64,000 nucleotides of DNA from positions 608,001 through 672,000 of the forward strand of contig CAWBVY010000006.1 of NCBI GenBank assembly GCA_963792415.1. Direction: 5' to 3'. Within the stretch, counting starts at the first letter, position 1. Each line of letters starts with the position of its first letter. This stretch comes from Candidatus Deferrimicrobiaceae bacterium. GTDB lineage: Bacteria; Desulfobacterota; Deferrimicrobia; Deferrimicrobiales; Deferrimicrobiaceae. Below, one piece after another: positions 26,040 to 37,814 of the stretch. Under the pieces are notes generated by a model. It saw nothing but the letters and a program-made list of their open reading frames with translations, searched no databases and had not been told where the DNA came from. The position numbers were made by a program, and so were the translations under genes.

Positions 26040-27409
26040 TTATCCCTTCCCCTCCTTCCGCAGGATCCCCTCCGCGGCAAGGCAGCCGTTGAGGGCGGCG
26101 CCGACGATCCCGCGGGATTTCCCCACCCCGTCGCCCGCGACGAACAGGTTCGGGACGTTCGTCTCGAGATACCGGTCGGTGACGTACTTCGTATCGTAGA
26201 ACTTGATCTCCGGAACGTAAATCGCCGTGGACGGGTGGGCCACGCCCGGGATCACGCGGGACAGGAGCGTCAGGGTCTCCCGGATATTGTCGACGATCCT
26301 TCCGGGGTAGGCGAAGGAGATGTCCCCCGGCGTCACCCCCGGTCCGGGGGGCAGCGTCGGCGTCATCTTGTCGTACCCGAGTCCGGCGGAGTGGAACGTC
26401 TCCTTCCGGGAACGCCCCCCCCGCATCAAATCCCCCAGGCGCTGGACGACCAGGCTCTCCCCCCTCCCCAGAAGTTGGCGAACTCCGCCACCTTCCGCCC
26501 CATCTCGGTCGTGTCCTGGACCGGCTCCGTCATCGACACGGTATTGAGGATCGCGAAGTTCGTGTTCGCCGTCTTGCGGGTCTTGAGGGCATCGCCGTTC
26601 ACCAGCCGGAAGCCGTTGCGCGCTTCCACGCGAACGCGCCCTCCCGGGTTGGTGCAGAAGGTCCGCGTCGGGTCACCGTGGGTGGGTGTCACGAAGAGGA
26701 ACTTCGGATCGTACAGAACGCGGGTGATCTCGTCGTAGACCGGGGACGCCACCTCCACCCGGCAGCCGATGTCGATGGAACCGTAGCGCGTGGTGACCCC
26801 GAGCCCCCGGGCCGCCTCCCGGAACCAGTAGGCGCCGTCGCGGCCGGGTGCCGCCACGACGTACCTCGCGAGCACTTCGCCCTTCGCCGTGCGCAGGGCG
26901 AAGAGGCCGCCCGGCCCCAGGGAGATCCCGGTAACCCGCGTATCGAGGGAGAACGCCGCTCCAGCGGACGTGATCGACTCCGTCATCCGGGTTACGACGC
27001 GGTGGGCGAGATCGGTTCCCATATGGCGTTGGCGCGCCGGCCGAAGGGTGATGTCCCACTCCCCCTTCGGAGTCTTGTGGCGGACCCAGGAGACCCGGTC
27101 GAGCCACGCGTCGATCCGCTCCCGGTCCTCACCGTAGACCGTCGGATCGGCGCCGTGGGCGACGAAGACATCGTCGACGGCCGCAATGCGTTCGTTCGCC
27201 TCCTCCTCGGTCATCTGCAGTTCGGCGAGGTCGAGTCCGATGTGGGGAGAGAGGTTGAGCTTCCCGTCGGTCATCGCGCCCGCCCCGCCGGTGCGCCCCT
27301 TCTCGTCGAGGACGAGGACCGAGAGCGTCCCGGCCAGCGTCCGGGCGACGAACATCCCCGCGGGACCCGCGCCGACGACGGCGACGCCCCAGGTTTTTTC
27401 AGCCGCCAT
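26040..27409 (-). pseudogene. FAD-dependent oxidoreductase (COG2509-like), split by a frameshift near 26460
   Basis: GAGPAG FAD motif, RTFCTNPGG, C-terminal AGDGVGKSRGI in another frame; break in a G-run. Confidence 0.75.
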
Positions 27410-28451
27410 CCCCGGTTTCCTCGAACCGCGGTCCACCGGAGAGGCGGAACGGGAGGACGGACATCCCCGCCCCGGAAAGGAGCGCCTCCACCGCCTCGCG
27501 ATCCTCCGCGTCCTTGAGGAGGCCGAAGAGCATCCCTCCCCCGCCCGCGCCGCACAGTTTCGCTCCGTTCACCAGGCGCCGGAACCGGCGGCCGGAAATG
27601 AGCTCCTCCACGCCCGCCGTCGACACGCCGGGGGCGAGGGTCCTTCGGATCGCCCACTCCGCGGCGATCGCGGCGCCCGTGCCTCGCGGGTCCGCGGCGG
27701 AAACCGCCTCCCACGCGTCCCGCGCCGCGGCGGCGATCCCCCGGAACTTCCGCAGCACCAGGCCGTCCCCCTCGATCGCCCCGCGGATCATCCGCCAATT
27801 CACGTCCGACGAGCGGTGGGCGATCCCCGTGTGGACGAGGAACGCGTGGTCCCGGAGCATCGTCCCTGCCGGGCCCCCGGGAGGGAGCCGTCGCGCGTCG
27901 ACACGTCCGGGGGAAAACCGGATCCCCTGGATGCCGCCGCGCAGCGCCGCCAGGTGGTCCTGTCGCCCGGTCAGGCTCTTCAGGTGGGCCGCCTCGATCT
28001 CCATCGCCGCCATGGGGATCTCGTCCCGGCGGCACGCGGTCCGGGTCAGCCTTCCGGCCGCCAGCATCAGGGCGACCAGCAGGGCGGACGACGCGCCGAT
28101 CCCCGAGCCTACCGGGGCTTGATTGCGAACGCGGATCTCGACGCCGGAAACCGCGGGAAAATACCGCAGGGTCCGGGAGAGGAGACCCATCCTCCCCCCG
28201 GGGGAGAAACCGTGGGTGTCGGCGGCGGTGACCGCGATCCCGAAATTTCCCGAGGAGAGCCTTGCCGCGCCGCGCCGGAACGGGCGCACCTCGACCTCGC
28301 TGCGCACCGCGACGGCTGCGTTCACCGTCATCGCGTCCCCGATCAGAAGGTACAACGGGTAGATGTCAAGGGTCCCCCCCGCGATGTCCACGCGGTTGGG
28401 GACCACCACCCGGAAGGAGTTCGAAAGCCCCGCTGTCCTCGCATTTTTCAT
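27399..28451 (-). CDS. GHMP kinase, HddA-like sugar-phosphate kinase
   Basis: RVDIAGGTLD, PVGSGIGASS, TGRQDH, GAKLCGAGGGG. Confidence 0.85.
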   Translation of the reverse strand: MKNARTAGLSNSFRVVVPNRVDIAGGTLDIYPLYLLIGDAMTVNAAVAVRSEVEVRPFRRGAARLSSGNFGIAVTAADTHGFSPGGRMGLLSRTLRYFPAVSGVEIRVRNQAPVGSGIGASSALLVALMLAAGRLTRTACRRDEIPMAAMEIEAAHLKSLTGRQDHLAALRGGIQGIRFSPGRVDARRLPPGGPAGTMLRDHAFLVHTGIAHRSSDVNWRMIRGAIEGDGLVLRKFRGIAAAARDAWEAVSAADPRGTGAAIAAEWAIRRTLAPGVSTAGVEELISGRRFRRLVNGAKLCGAGGGGMLFGLLKDAEDREAVEALLSGAGMSVLPFRLSGGPRFEETGDGG

Positions 28452-28594
28452 GATGTGCTCCGTTCGCCGCATCCTGGTTCTAATTTAACCACGCTCACCC
28501 TCCGCCGGGTAGGAGGCATTTCCCCCTTTACGGATCGGGCGCCGTGCCGTTATATAAGAATCTGGAAACTCCCAACGCGCGAAGGAGGACGGCC

Positions 28595-29290
28595 ATGGCA
28601 TCGGTGCGGATCCGCTGGTTCGGACACTCCGGCTTTTCCATCCGGGACGGGAAGACGGCGCTCATCGACCCGTGGTTCGAGGGGAACCCGAAGGCGGCGG
28701 GCGGGGTGGACACCGCGCCCGGGGCGGACCTGTTGCTCCTCACGCACGACCACTTCGACCACGCGGGGGACGCGGTCGCGATGGCGAAGAAGACGGGAGC
28801 CCTCGTCGTGGCGATCTTCGAACTGGCGGGGGACCTGAAAGCGAAAGGCGTCCCCGAGTCCCGGCTGCTGCACGGGGGCGGCGGGATGAACGTCGGCGGG
28901 ACGGTCCGGGTGGAGGGATTCGAGATCACGATGACGGAGGCGCGCCACTCCTGCGCGCTGGGAGCCCCCGTCGGCTACGTGCTGAAAACCCCGTCGGGCC
29001 TGACCGTCTACCACTCCGGGGACACGGGGATCTTCGCCGGGATGGCGCTCATCGGCGAGCTGCATCCGATCGACGTGGCGATGCTGCCGATCGGGTCCGT
29101 GTTCACGATGGATTACCGGCAGGCGGCGAAGGCGTGCGCCCTTCTCAAGGCGAAAGCGGTGATCCCGATGCACTACGGCACGTTCCCGATCCTAGAGCCG
29201 AACGCGGAACGGTTCGTCGCCGAACTGGCGAAGGTTTCGCCGGGAACGCGCCCGATCGTCCTCGCGCCGGGGGAAGAGACGACGGTCTGA
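28595..29290 (+). CDS. Metal-dependent hydrolase, metallo-beta-lactamase fold (UPF0173)
   Basis: GHSGF, THDHFDH, YHSGDT, IPMHYGTF. Confidence 0.9.
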   Translation: MASVRIRWFGHSGFSIRDGKTALIDPWFEGNPKAAGGVDTAPGADLLLLTHDHFDHAGDAVAMAKKTGALVVAIFELAGDLKAKGVPESRLLHGGGGMNVGGTVRVEGFEITMTEARHSCALGAPVGYVLKTPSGLTVYHSGDTGIFAGMALIGELHPIDVAMLPIGSVFTMDYRQAAKACALLKAKAVIPMHYGTFPILEPNAERFVAELAKVSPGTRPIVLAPGEETTV

Positions 29291-29296
29291 GGGGGT

Positions 29297-30235
29297 TTAC
29301 CTCCGCTGCTCGGCGATGGCCGCCATCAGGAGCGGGAAGAGGATCTCGTGCGGACCGATCAGGTGGTACCCCTTCCCGCCGCCTTGCGTGGGGCGGGTCA
29401 CGACGTTGACGTCCGGGCGGTACTGCCGCAGGAAGTCCATGTTGACGGTCGTGATCCGTGACAGGGGATGCCCCAGGTTGCGGGCCACCGAGACGGCCTT
29501 GAGGAAGACCTCGGGGAGGATGACCGCCGACCCGACGTTGACGTAGACGCCCCCGGAGAGCCCCGCGACGAGGGAGCAGAACGTCCGGAAATCCCGCAGC
29601 GACCCTTCGCCGATCGTCGCTCCGTCCGCATCGGGATGCATGTGGACGATGTCGGCCCCCACGGCCACGTGGACGGTCACGGGCACTCCGAGCCGGTGCG
29701 CCTCCCCGAGCAGGCTCTTTTTCCGGTAGCGCGCTTTCGACGAAACGATCGCCTTCCCCACGGAGGCGCCGAATCCGAGGCCCGCGGGTATGCCTTCCGA
29801 CAGCGCGCCGTGGATGAACTGCGCCGTCTCTTTCGCCATGCCGAACGATCCGTCCGGAAGGTGGGCCGCGACGTCCTCGGAGGTCTTCCCGGCGAGCGCG
29901 AGCTCCACGTCGTGGATCACCCCGGCGCCGTTCATCGCCACGGCAGTGAACACGCCGTCCCGGATCCCCTGGAGAAGCAGCGGAGAGAGCCCCACCTTGA
30001 TGAAGTGCGCACCGATCCCGAGCAGCACCGGCGCCCCGCGCCTGCGGGCCCGAGCGATCGCGGAGACGACGGCACGGAAATCCTTCGCGGCCAGATACTC
30101 CGGCAGCCCGTCCAGGAACCGGGCGAACGACATGCCGCGCCGCGGGGGGACCCCGAAGCCGCGGAACGACACCTTGCTCGTCCGGGAGTACAGGGACGTG
30201 CGCCGGAGGCGCGAGAAGTCGAGGGAGCGGGTCAC
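29297..30235 (-). CDS. Conserved hypothetical protein, deoxyhypusine-synthase-like fold
   Basis: [34 protein letters not shown]; translationally coupled to gmhA. Confidence 0.7.
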   Translation of the reverse strand: MTRSLDFSRLRRTSLYSRTSKVSFRGFGVPPRRGMSFARFLDGLPEYLAAKDFRAVVSAIARARRRGAPVLLGIGAHFIKVGLSPLLLQGIRDGVFTAVAMNGAGVIHDVELALAGKTSEDVAAHLPDGSFGMAKETAQFIHGALSEGIPAGLGFGASVGKAIVSSKARYRKKSLLGEAHRLGVPVTVHVAVGADIVHMHPDADGATIGEGSLRDFRTFCSLVAGLSGGVYVNVGSAVILPEVFLKAVSVARNLGHPLSRITTVNMDFLRQYRPDVNVVTRPTQGGGKGYHLIGPHEILFPLLMAAIAEQRR

Positions 30236-30813
30236 CGCTTGCCGACGTCCTTGAAAAGGATCGCGTCGGTCAGGTCGCACAGGATGTGCCCGACCGCGAT
30301 ATGGGCCTCCTGGATCCGGGGCGTGCTCCGGGAGGGGATCTGCAGGGCGATGTCGGAGAGGGATGCCGCCTTCCCCCCCTCCCCGGTCAGTGCGATCGTC
30401 GTCATCCCCAGCCTCTTCGCCGCGCGCAGCGCCTTGAGGACGTTCACGGAAGACCCGCTGGTCGTGATCCCGAGCGCCACGTCCCCCTTCTTCCCGAGGG
30501 CCTTCACCTGCTTGCTGAAGATCTCGTCGAACGCGTAGTCGTTGGCGATGCTGGTGAGAACCGAGGTGTCCGTGGCGAGGGAGATCGCGGGCAGGGGGGG
30601 CCGCTCGATGAGGAACCGGTTCATGAATTCGGCGGCGATGTGCTGCGCGTCCGCGGCGCTGCCGCCGTTGCCGAAGAGGAGGAGTTTCCGGCCCGCCTTG
30701 AACGCCTCGGCGATCGCCGTCGCGGCGGCCGCGATCTCCGCCGACATCGTTTCCGCCATCTTCAGGCGCAGGTCGGACCCTTCCTTCAGCGAACGCGCGA
30801 CCGAATCCTTCAA
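30232..30813 (-). CDS. gmhA: Phosphoheptose isomerase
   Basis: [29 protein letters not shown]. Confidence 0.95.
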   Translation of the reverse strand: MKDSVARSLKEGSDLRLKMAETMSAEIAAAATAIAEAFKAGRKLLLFGNGGSAADAQHIAAEFMNRFLIERPPLPAISLATDTSVLTSIANDYAFDEIFSKQVKALGKKGDVALGITTSGSSVNVLKALRAAKRLGMTTIALTGEGGKAASLSDIALQIPSRSTPRIQEAHIAVGHILCDLTDAILFKDVGKR

Positions 30814-30955
30814 GGGAATCTCCCCTCCGGCAAGAGTAGGGAAACGATAATCTTTTCTTTCGCGGGCTGTCAAGGAACGTCGCGAGGGGATCTATTTCCA
30901 TTCGGGAAAAACCGATGTAGCATGAACCGCATCTCAATGGGGGACGGAGGACCCG

Positions 30956-31354
30956 ATGGAACGACGGATCGAGGAGATCCTCTCCGGGTCGAAGACGGTC
31001 GCCGTGGTCGGAATCTCCGACAAGCCGGACCGCCCCAGTCACGTGGTGGCGAGGTACCTGCGGGAGCGGGGATACCGGGTGATCCCGGTCAATCCTTTCC
31101 TGACCGAGGTCCTCGGGGAGAAGGCATTCAAGTCGCTCGCGGAGATCCCCGGGCGGGTCGACCTCGTAGACGTGTTCCGCAAGTCGGAGGACGTACCGAA
31201 GATCGCGGAGGAAGCCGTGCGGATCGGCGCCCGCTTCTTCTGGATGCAGGAAGGGGTCGAAAGCGATCGCGCCCGCGAAATCCTGGACGCGGCAGGGATC
31301 CCGTGGGTGATGGATCGTTGCGTGAAGAAGGAACTGGCGAAGCGGGGTAAATAA
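30956..31354 (+). CDS. CoA-binding protein (YccU-like)
   Basis: AVVGISDKPDRPS, PVNP, VDVFR, WMQEG, MDRC. Confidence 0.9.
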   Translation: MERRIEEILSGSKTVAVVGISDKPDRPSHVVARYLRERGYRVIPVNPFLTEVLGEKAFKSLAEIPGRVDLVDVFRKSEDVPKIAEEAVRIGARFFWMQEGVESDRAREILDAAGIPWVMDRCVKKELAKRGK

Positions 31355-31377
31355 CACAGGGCGCAGGGAGGGACGGA

Positions 31378-31701
31378 ATGGCCGGAAACATCCTTGAACT
31401 GAACAACGCGAACTTCCAGTCGACGGTGGAGAGCGGAACCCCCGTCCTCGTCGACTTCTGGGCCCCGTGGTGCGGACCGTGCCGCGTCATCGCCCCGATC
31501 CTCGAGGAGGTCGCGAAGGAATTCGACGGTAAGACGCGCGTGGGGAAGGTGAACGTCGACGACAGCCCGGAGATCGCCTCTCGGTTCGGCGTACGGGGGA
31601 TCCCGACGCTCATCCTCTTCAAGGACGGCCAGATCAAGGGGCAGATGGTCGGCGTGAACCCGAAGGCCAACATCGTTTCGCTGGTGCAGAAGAACCTTTG
31701 A
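31378..31701 (+). CDS. trxA: Thioredoxin
   Basis: WAPWCGPC, GIPTL. Confidence 0.96.
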   Translation: MAGNILELNNANFQSTVESGTPVLVDFWAPWCGPCRVIAPILEEVAKEFDGKTRVGKVNVDDSPEIASRFGVRGIPTLILFKDGQIKGQMVGVNPKANIVSLVQKNL

Positions 31702-32288
31702 GAAAGGGCGCCCCCTTCGTGGCGCTGATCGCGGGCCTGCTCCTGATGACGGGATGCGGACCGAAGGCGATCACCGTGGGGTCCCGCCCCTTTCCGGCCA
31801 GGCATCCCGTTTTCTCCGACGCCTCCGGGAAGGCCCTCGAAGGGCTCCCGGAAGCCGACGGGACGATACGGCTCGTCTTTCTCGAATTCCCGTGGTGTCC
31901 CCCGTGCACGGACGTCTGGAGAGCCTTGCGGGCCGCCGCGGCGCCGTTTCCTCCCGGGACCGTACGAATCTACCGGGTCCTGTTCGACCGCGAAACGGTG
32001 CTGTCTCCCGACGGACGACAGGAGGTCCCCCCGTTGCATTCTGCTCCCCTCCCCGAAGGCGGCGCCTTGGAGGATCCCGGGGCGTTGAAGGTCACCACCC
32101 TCTCCGCGCTTCCCGGCGAGTTCCGCAAGGAGTTCCGTGTGAGCAACGGGCCCGTCCTGCTCCTTCTCGACGCCGAAGGAAAGGTGGAGAGGCGGTGGAT
32201 CGGGTTCTCGGCCGGGATGTCCGGGGAACTCTCCTCGGAGTTCAGGAATCGATCCCTCGGCCTTTTCCCCCGCCCCCCTGGAACGTGA
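31698..32288 (+). CDS. Thioredoxin-fold lipoprotein
   Basis: Lipobox LMTGC, WCPPC; overlaps trxA stop. Confidence 0.7.
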   Translation: MRKGAPFVALIAGLLLMTGCGPKAITVGSRPFPARHPVFSDASGKALEGLPEADGTIRLVFLEFPWCPPCTDVWRALRAAAAPFPPGTVRIYRVLFDRETVLSPDGRQEVPPLHSAPLPEGGALEDPGALKVTTLSALPGEFRKEFRVSNGPVLLLLDAEGKVERRWIGFSAGMSGELSSEFRNRSLGLFPRPPGT

Positions 32289-33375
32289 ACCGGGAACGGG
32301 ACAGGTTCGCCGCCGCGCCCAGCGCCATCATCCCGGTCAGCATCGACGACCCGCCGTAGCTCACGAACGGGAGCGGGATCCCGACGACGGGGAACAGGCC
32401 GCACACCATCGCCAGGTTGATGACGATGTGGGTCAGGAAGAAAACCGCGATCCCCCCGCAGGCGAACGATGCGAACCGGTCCTGCGACCGGGCGGTGAGG
32501 AAGAAGAGGCGGTAGATCAGCAGCAGGAACAGCACGAGCAGAAGGAGGGACCCGAGGAACCCCCACTCCTCGGCGAAAATGGCGAAGGCGAAATCGGTGT
32601 GCTGCTCCGGAAGGAACCGGAGCGACCCCTGGGTCCCCTGCAGGTACCCCTTCCCGAGGATCCCGCCGGACCCCACCGCGATCTTCGACTGGATCACGTG
32701 ATACCCCGCCCCCAGCGGGTCCAGCTCGGGGTTCAGGAAGGTGAGCACCCGCTGCCGCTGGTACGCCTTCATGAAGAACCAGAGGACGGGAACCGCGGCC
32801 ACGCCGGCCGCCGCGAAAAAAGCGAGCACCTTCCACCGCACGCACGCCACCACCGCCATCCCCGCGAGGATGAAGAGGAACACCCCCGCGCTTCCCAGGT
32901 CGGGCTGGAGCGCCACGAGGAGGAAGGGAGCGAGGACGAGTCCGATCCCGGGAAGGAACTCCTTGAGCCCGATCCCGCCGTACTGGTATTTCGACGAGAG
33001 GTACCGGGCCAGGACGAGCGTGACGGCGATCTTCGCGAACTCCGACGGCTGGAAGTTGAACGCGCCGATGGCGATCCACCGCTGGGCGCCCCCGCGCACC
33101 TTCCCCGCCAGCAGCACCACGACGAGAAGAAGGAGCACGGCGAGGAAGAAGCCGTTCGCGGTCTCTTCGATGAAGCCGTCGCTCAGGAGAAAGACGGCGA
33201 AGAAACCGGCGACTCCGAGAAGGATCCAGGCGAGCTGTTTGATCACCAGGGCGGCCCCGGGAGCGCCGTGGACCCTCGTGCTGGAATAGACGTTCAGCAG
33301 CCCGATCGCGCAGAGGACCAGCGCGTTGATCAGCAGCGGCCAGTCCATCCGCGTCCATTTCGAGGGACGGGTCAC
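32242..33375 (-). CDS. rodA: Rod shape-determining protein RodA
   Basis: GAQRWI, FQPSEFAK, QPDLG, LPEQHTDF, SYGGSS. Confidence 0.95.
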   Translation of the reverse strand: MTRPSKWTRMDWPLLINALVLCAIGLLNVYSSTRVHGAPGAALVIKQLAWILLGVAGFFAVFLLSDGFIEETANGFFLAVLLLLVVVLLAGKVRGGAQRWIAIGAFNFQPSEFAKIAVTLVLARYLSSKYQYGGIGLKEFLPGIGLVLAPFLLVALQPDLGSAGVFLFILAGMAVVACVRWKVLAFFAAAGVAAVPVLWFFMKAYQRQRVLTFLNPELDPLGAGYHVIQSKIAVGSGGILGKGYLQGTQGSLRFLPEQHTDFAFAIFAEEWGFLGSLLLLVLFLLLIYRLFFLTARSQDRFASFACGGIAVFFLTHIVINLAMVCGLFPVVGIPLPFVSYGGSSMLTGMMALGAAANLSRSRFTFQGGGGKGRGIDS

Positions 33376-35222
33376 GCACCCCCCTTTCGCGGCGGGCCGA
33401 CGGGCCGGGTGCGGAAGAATTCCTGCATCACCGCCTTGACGATCGGAGCGGCGGCGGATCCGCCGTGCCCGCCGTGCTCCACCATCGCCGCCACGACGAT
33501 CTGCGGGTCGTCCACAGGGGCGAAAGCGACGAACCACGCGTGATCGCGAATCTCGTACGGAAGGTCCTCGGACTTGATCATCTTCCCCTTCACGGAGGCG
33601 ACCTGCGCGGTGCCCGTCTTCCCTCCGACAACGATCCCCGGGAGCTTCGCCCCCCCCCCCGTGCCGTAGTCGTTCACCACGCCGGCCAGCGCCTTCCGGA
33701 GGAACTCCACGTTCTCCGGGTTCCATGGGAGCTTCCGCAGCATCTCGGGGGCGAACGTCTGCACCTTCCCGTCCATGCCGATCACCTTCGACACGACGAG
33801 GGGCCGCATCACCTCTCCGCCCGTCGCAAGCGTCGCGTAGCCGGCGGCCATCTCGAGGGGAGTGAGGTGAACCGCCCCTTGGCCGATTCCCAGGAGCACG
33901 CTCTCGTAGTCGTTCCACCGTTCCTTGACCACGGTGCGCTTCCACTCCGTGTCCGGGACCAGCCCCTTCCGCTCCCCGGGAAGGTCGATCCCCGTGATCG
34001 TCCCCAGCCCCGCGTCCTTCTCCAGCTTCGCCAGCCGGTCGGGGCCCAGCTTCAACCCGAGCGTGTAGAAGTAGACGTCGCACGACTGCACGATCGCCCG
34101 GTACATGTCGACGTCGCCGTGGCCTTTCTCCTTCCAGCAGCGGAAGACCCGGTTCCCGAGACGGTACCACCCGGGACAGGGGACCGTCTTCCGCTCCTCC
34201 TGCAGCTTCCCCTCGAGGGCCGCCAACGCGAGGAACGGCTTGATGGTGGAGCCCGGGGCGTACGTCCCCTGCAGGCCCTTGTTCTGCATCGGCTTGCGCG
34301 GGTCGGTGACCAGCGCCTGCCACTCGGCCTTGCGGATCCCGCGCGTGAACACGTTCGGGTCGAACGAGGGGCCGGAGTAAAACGCGAGAACCTCCCCTGT
34401 CCGCGGCACGAGGGCGATCACGGCGCCCGCCCGGTTCCCGAGCGCCTCCTGGGCCGTCACCTGGAGGTCCGCGTCCAGCAAGGTGTGCACGGCGCCGCCG
34501 GCCCGGGAAGGGACCTCCTCGACGAGCCGCTGGTCTCTCCCGGCCGCGTCCACCTCCACTTTCCGGCCACCGTTCACTCCGCGGAGGTCGCTGTCCATCC
34601 GCCGCTCCAGGCCGTACTTGCCGACCAGGTCGCCCATCGCCAGCGAATCGTCTTCCGACTGTTCCAACTCCTCCGGACTCGCCTCGCCCACGTACCCGAG
34701 GAGGTGCGCGAAGGCCGTGCCGTAGGGGTAGCTCCGTTTCGCCTCGACCAGGACGGAGAAGCCGGAGAGGTTCTCCCGGTTGAACTCGATGACCGAGACC
34801 TGCTCGAACCGGAGGTCCCGCGCCACGGTGATCCCGCTGTAGGGGTTGATCCGCTTCGCCAGGCGGATCTTGTCGAGCACCTCGTTCTCGTCGACGTCGA
34901 ACTCCACGATTTCGGCGAGAAGGCCGATCTCCGCCTCGAGGTCCTTTACGTCCACCGGGGAGCAGATGAGATCGAAGGAACCCTGCGTCTCCGCGATCGC
35001 CCTCCCCTTCCGGTCGAGAATCAGTCCCCGCGGGGCGCGGACCGTTCGGAGGCGAAGACGGTTGTTCTCCGAGAGATCCCGGTACCGGTCGGACTCCACC
35101 ACCTGGAGCCAGTAGAGCCGTCCGAGGAGGAGCGCGAACGCCCAAAAGGCCACGAAGAGGAGAATGAGCGATCGGCGGGTGATGTCGGGGTCCTGCTCCC
35201 GCTTGCGGATCCGGCTCATCAT
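33372..35222 (-). CDS. mrdA: Penicillin-binding protein 2
   Basis: APRGLILDR, PGSTIK (SxxK), SCD, KTGTAQ. Confidence 0.95.
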   Translation of the reverse strand: MMSRIRKREQDPDITRRSLILLFVAFWAFALLLGRLYWLQVVESDRYRDLSENNRLRLRTVRAPRGLILDRKGRAIAETQGSFDLICSPVDVKDLEAEIGLLAEIVEFDVDENEVLDKIRLAKRINPYSGITVARDLRFEQVSVIEFNRENLSGFSVLVEAKRSYPYGTAFAHLLGYVGEASPEELEQSEDDSLAMGDLVGKYGLERRMDSDLRGVNGGRKVEVDAAGRDQRLVEEVPSRAGGAVHTLLDADLQVTAQEALGNRAGAVIALVPRTGEVLAFYSGPSFDPNVFTRGIRKAEWQALVTDPRKPMQNKGLQGTYAPGSTIKPFLALAALEGKLQEERKTVPCPGWYRLGNRVFRCWKEKGHGDVDMYRAIVQSCDVYFYTLGLKLGPDRLAKLEKDAGLGTITGIDLPGERKGLVPDTEWKRTVVKERWNDYESVLLGIGQGAVHLTPLEMAAGYATLATGGEVMRPLVVSKVIGMDGKVQTFAPEMLRKLPWNPENVEFLRKALAGVVNDYGTGGGAKLPGIVVGGKTGTAQVASVKGKMIKSEDLPYEIRDHAWFVAFAPVDDPQIVVAAMVEHGGHGGSAAAPIVKAVMQEFFRTRPVGPPRKGGA

Positions 35223-35704
35223 TCCTTCACCCTCCGCCAGCGGACCGACAGGTCCAGGAAGAGAGGGACGGCGATCAGGGAGGTCCAGGCGATCCGGACG
35301 GCCTCCTGCGCGCCCCACAGGAAGGAGAAGGGTCGGGCCCCGGAAAGGGTAAGGAGAAGGACGACGGAGAACGACTCGGCCGCCAGCAGCGACACGACGG
35401 CGATGAGAAGCGACGGTTCGCTGCGCAGGAGAAAGCGGCGGCCGATCTCCCGCGAGGCGAAGTAAAGGGCCATCGATCCGAGGAACATCGACCAGGAAGG
35501 CGCGGACGCCGTGATCTCACGGAAAAGCGCGGGAGGAAGAGCGCACAGGAATCCCGCGACCCCCGGAACGAAGAGCCCGGAGTAAACGACCGCGAGAAAC
35601 GGGAAGTCGGGGAGCAGGAACCAGGGGACGAAACCGGAGAGCCACCAGACGCAAAGGGAGGCGCCCAGATACGACAGGGTGAACAGCACGAGAAAATGCT
35701 TCAA
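35219..35704 (-). CDS. mreD: Rod shape-determining protein MreD
   Basis: Hydrophobic protein between mreC and mrdA with overlapping start/stop. Confidence 0.75.
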   Translation of the reverse strand: MKHFLVLFTLSYLGASLCVWWLSGFVPWFLLPDFPFLAVVYSGLFVPGVAGFLCALPPALFREITASAPSWSMFLGSMALYFASREIGRRFLLRSEPSLLIAVVSLLAAESFSVVLLLTLSGARPFSFLWGAQEAVRIAWTSLIAVPLFLDLSVRWRRVKE

Positions 35705-36546
35705 TCTCTTATCGCCCGGAACGGCACGGAGGGGCGGGAGAGGATCACCATCACCTCTTCGGCGTCCTGGAAATTCACGGCGCACTGGACCTTCACCTTC
35801 TGGAAAAGGCTTTCCTTCGGACGGTCTACGCTGACGACGGTCCCGAGGAGAACCCCTTTGGGCATGCTCCCGTCGAACCCCGAGAAGACGATCCGGTCCC
35901 CCACCACGACGTCCTGCGCCGGGGAGACGTACTTGAGCCGGCAGAAGTTCCCCCCCACCCCTTCCGCGATGGCGCGAACCCGGCTGCGCTCAACCATCAC
36001 GTCGGCCGCGAACCTTCCGTCCGTGACGAGCAGCACCTCGGAAAGCCCGGGGTGGACCTTGTGGATCCGCCCGACCGCGCCGTAAGGTGTGACCACGGAC
36101 ATCCCGGACTCGATCCCCGCCTCCGAGCCCGTGCCCAGGAAGATCGCCCGGAACCAGGGGGAGACGTCGTGTCCGACCACGCGTGCGCCGAGGGTCCGCC
36201 GTTCGACGGTCTGCGAGTAGCTCAGGAGCCCCTTCAACCGGCGGTTCTCGAGAACGGCGTCCCGGGTCGCGTGGAGCCGCTCCCGGAGTTCCGTCACCTC
36301 CATCCGAAGCCGCTCGTTCTCCCTGGACACGCCCACCAGGGCGACGTAACGGTTCCACACGCCGGAAAAGCCGCCGCGCAGGAAATCCGCGGCGGAGTAG
36401 ACGGGGCGGAAGAGTGCGACCCCGGCGGCGCGGACCGGCTCGGCGCGCTCAAGGGTCGACGAAGGGCGGACAAATACCTGGACCGCCGCGACCAGGAGCG
36501 CCACGGTAAGGAGGAGCCGCCACCAATTCCGGAAGAAGGATCCCAT
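35701..36546 (-). CDS. mreC: Rod shape-determining protein MreC
   Basis: ENERLR/ENRRLK coiled coil, SGFDGSMPKG. Confidence 0.92.
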   Translation of the reverse strand: MGSFFRNWWRLLLTVALLVAAVQVFVRPSSTLERAEPVRAAGVALFRPVYSAADFLRGGFSGVWNRYVALVGVSRENERLRMEVTELRERLHATRDAVLENRRLKGLLSYSQTVERRTLGARVVGHDVSPWFRAIFLGTGSEAGIESGMSVVTPYGAVGRIHKVHPGLSEVLLVTDGRFAADVMVERSRVRAIAEGVGGNFCRLKYVSPAQDVVVGDRIVFSGFDGSMPKGVLLGTVVSVDRPKESLFQKVKVQCAVNFQDAEEVMVILSRPSVPFRAIRD

Positions 36547-36594
36547 AGATACCGCTTGGAGACCGGGGAGCGGCCTTGGCGCACCCCCGGTCGA

Positions 36595-37650
<1,056 letters not shown>

Positions 37651-37814
37651 TCAATTTCCACGAAAACGCATCGAGGTATAGTAACAGTCCCCCGACCCTC
37701 ATTGCAATCCGAAGGAGAGCGGGCCCGAATCCCGTTGATATCGGACCTCGCGCGGCATTAGAATGTCACGTTCGACCGCGCTTTCATTCCCATCGACAGG
37801 AGAACCTCCTCGCC

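Noticed and set aside
14353-32288. Selenoproteins (in-frame UGA) among the redox genes, given tRNA-Sec
   Set aside because: TlpA, thioredoxins, Nfu and ferredoxin all encode Cys at their motifs; no UGA readthrough candidate seen.
32242-35145. 967-aa ORF as an extended RodA
   Set aside because: The upstream part is an alternative frame of mrdA; RodA begins at GTG 33375.
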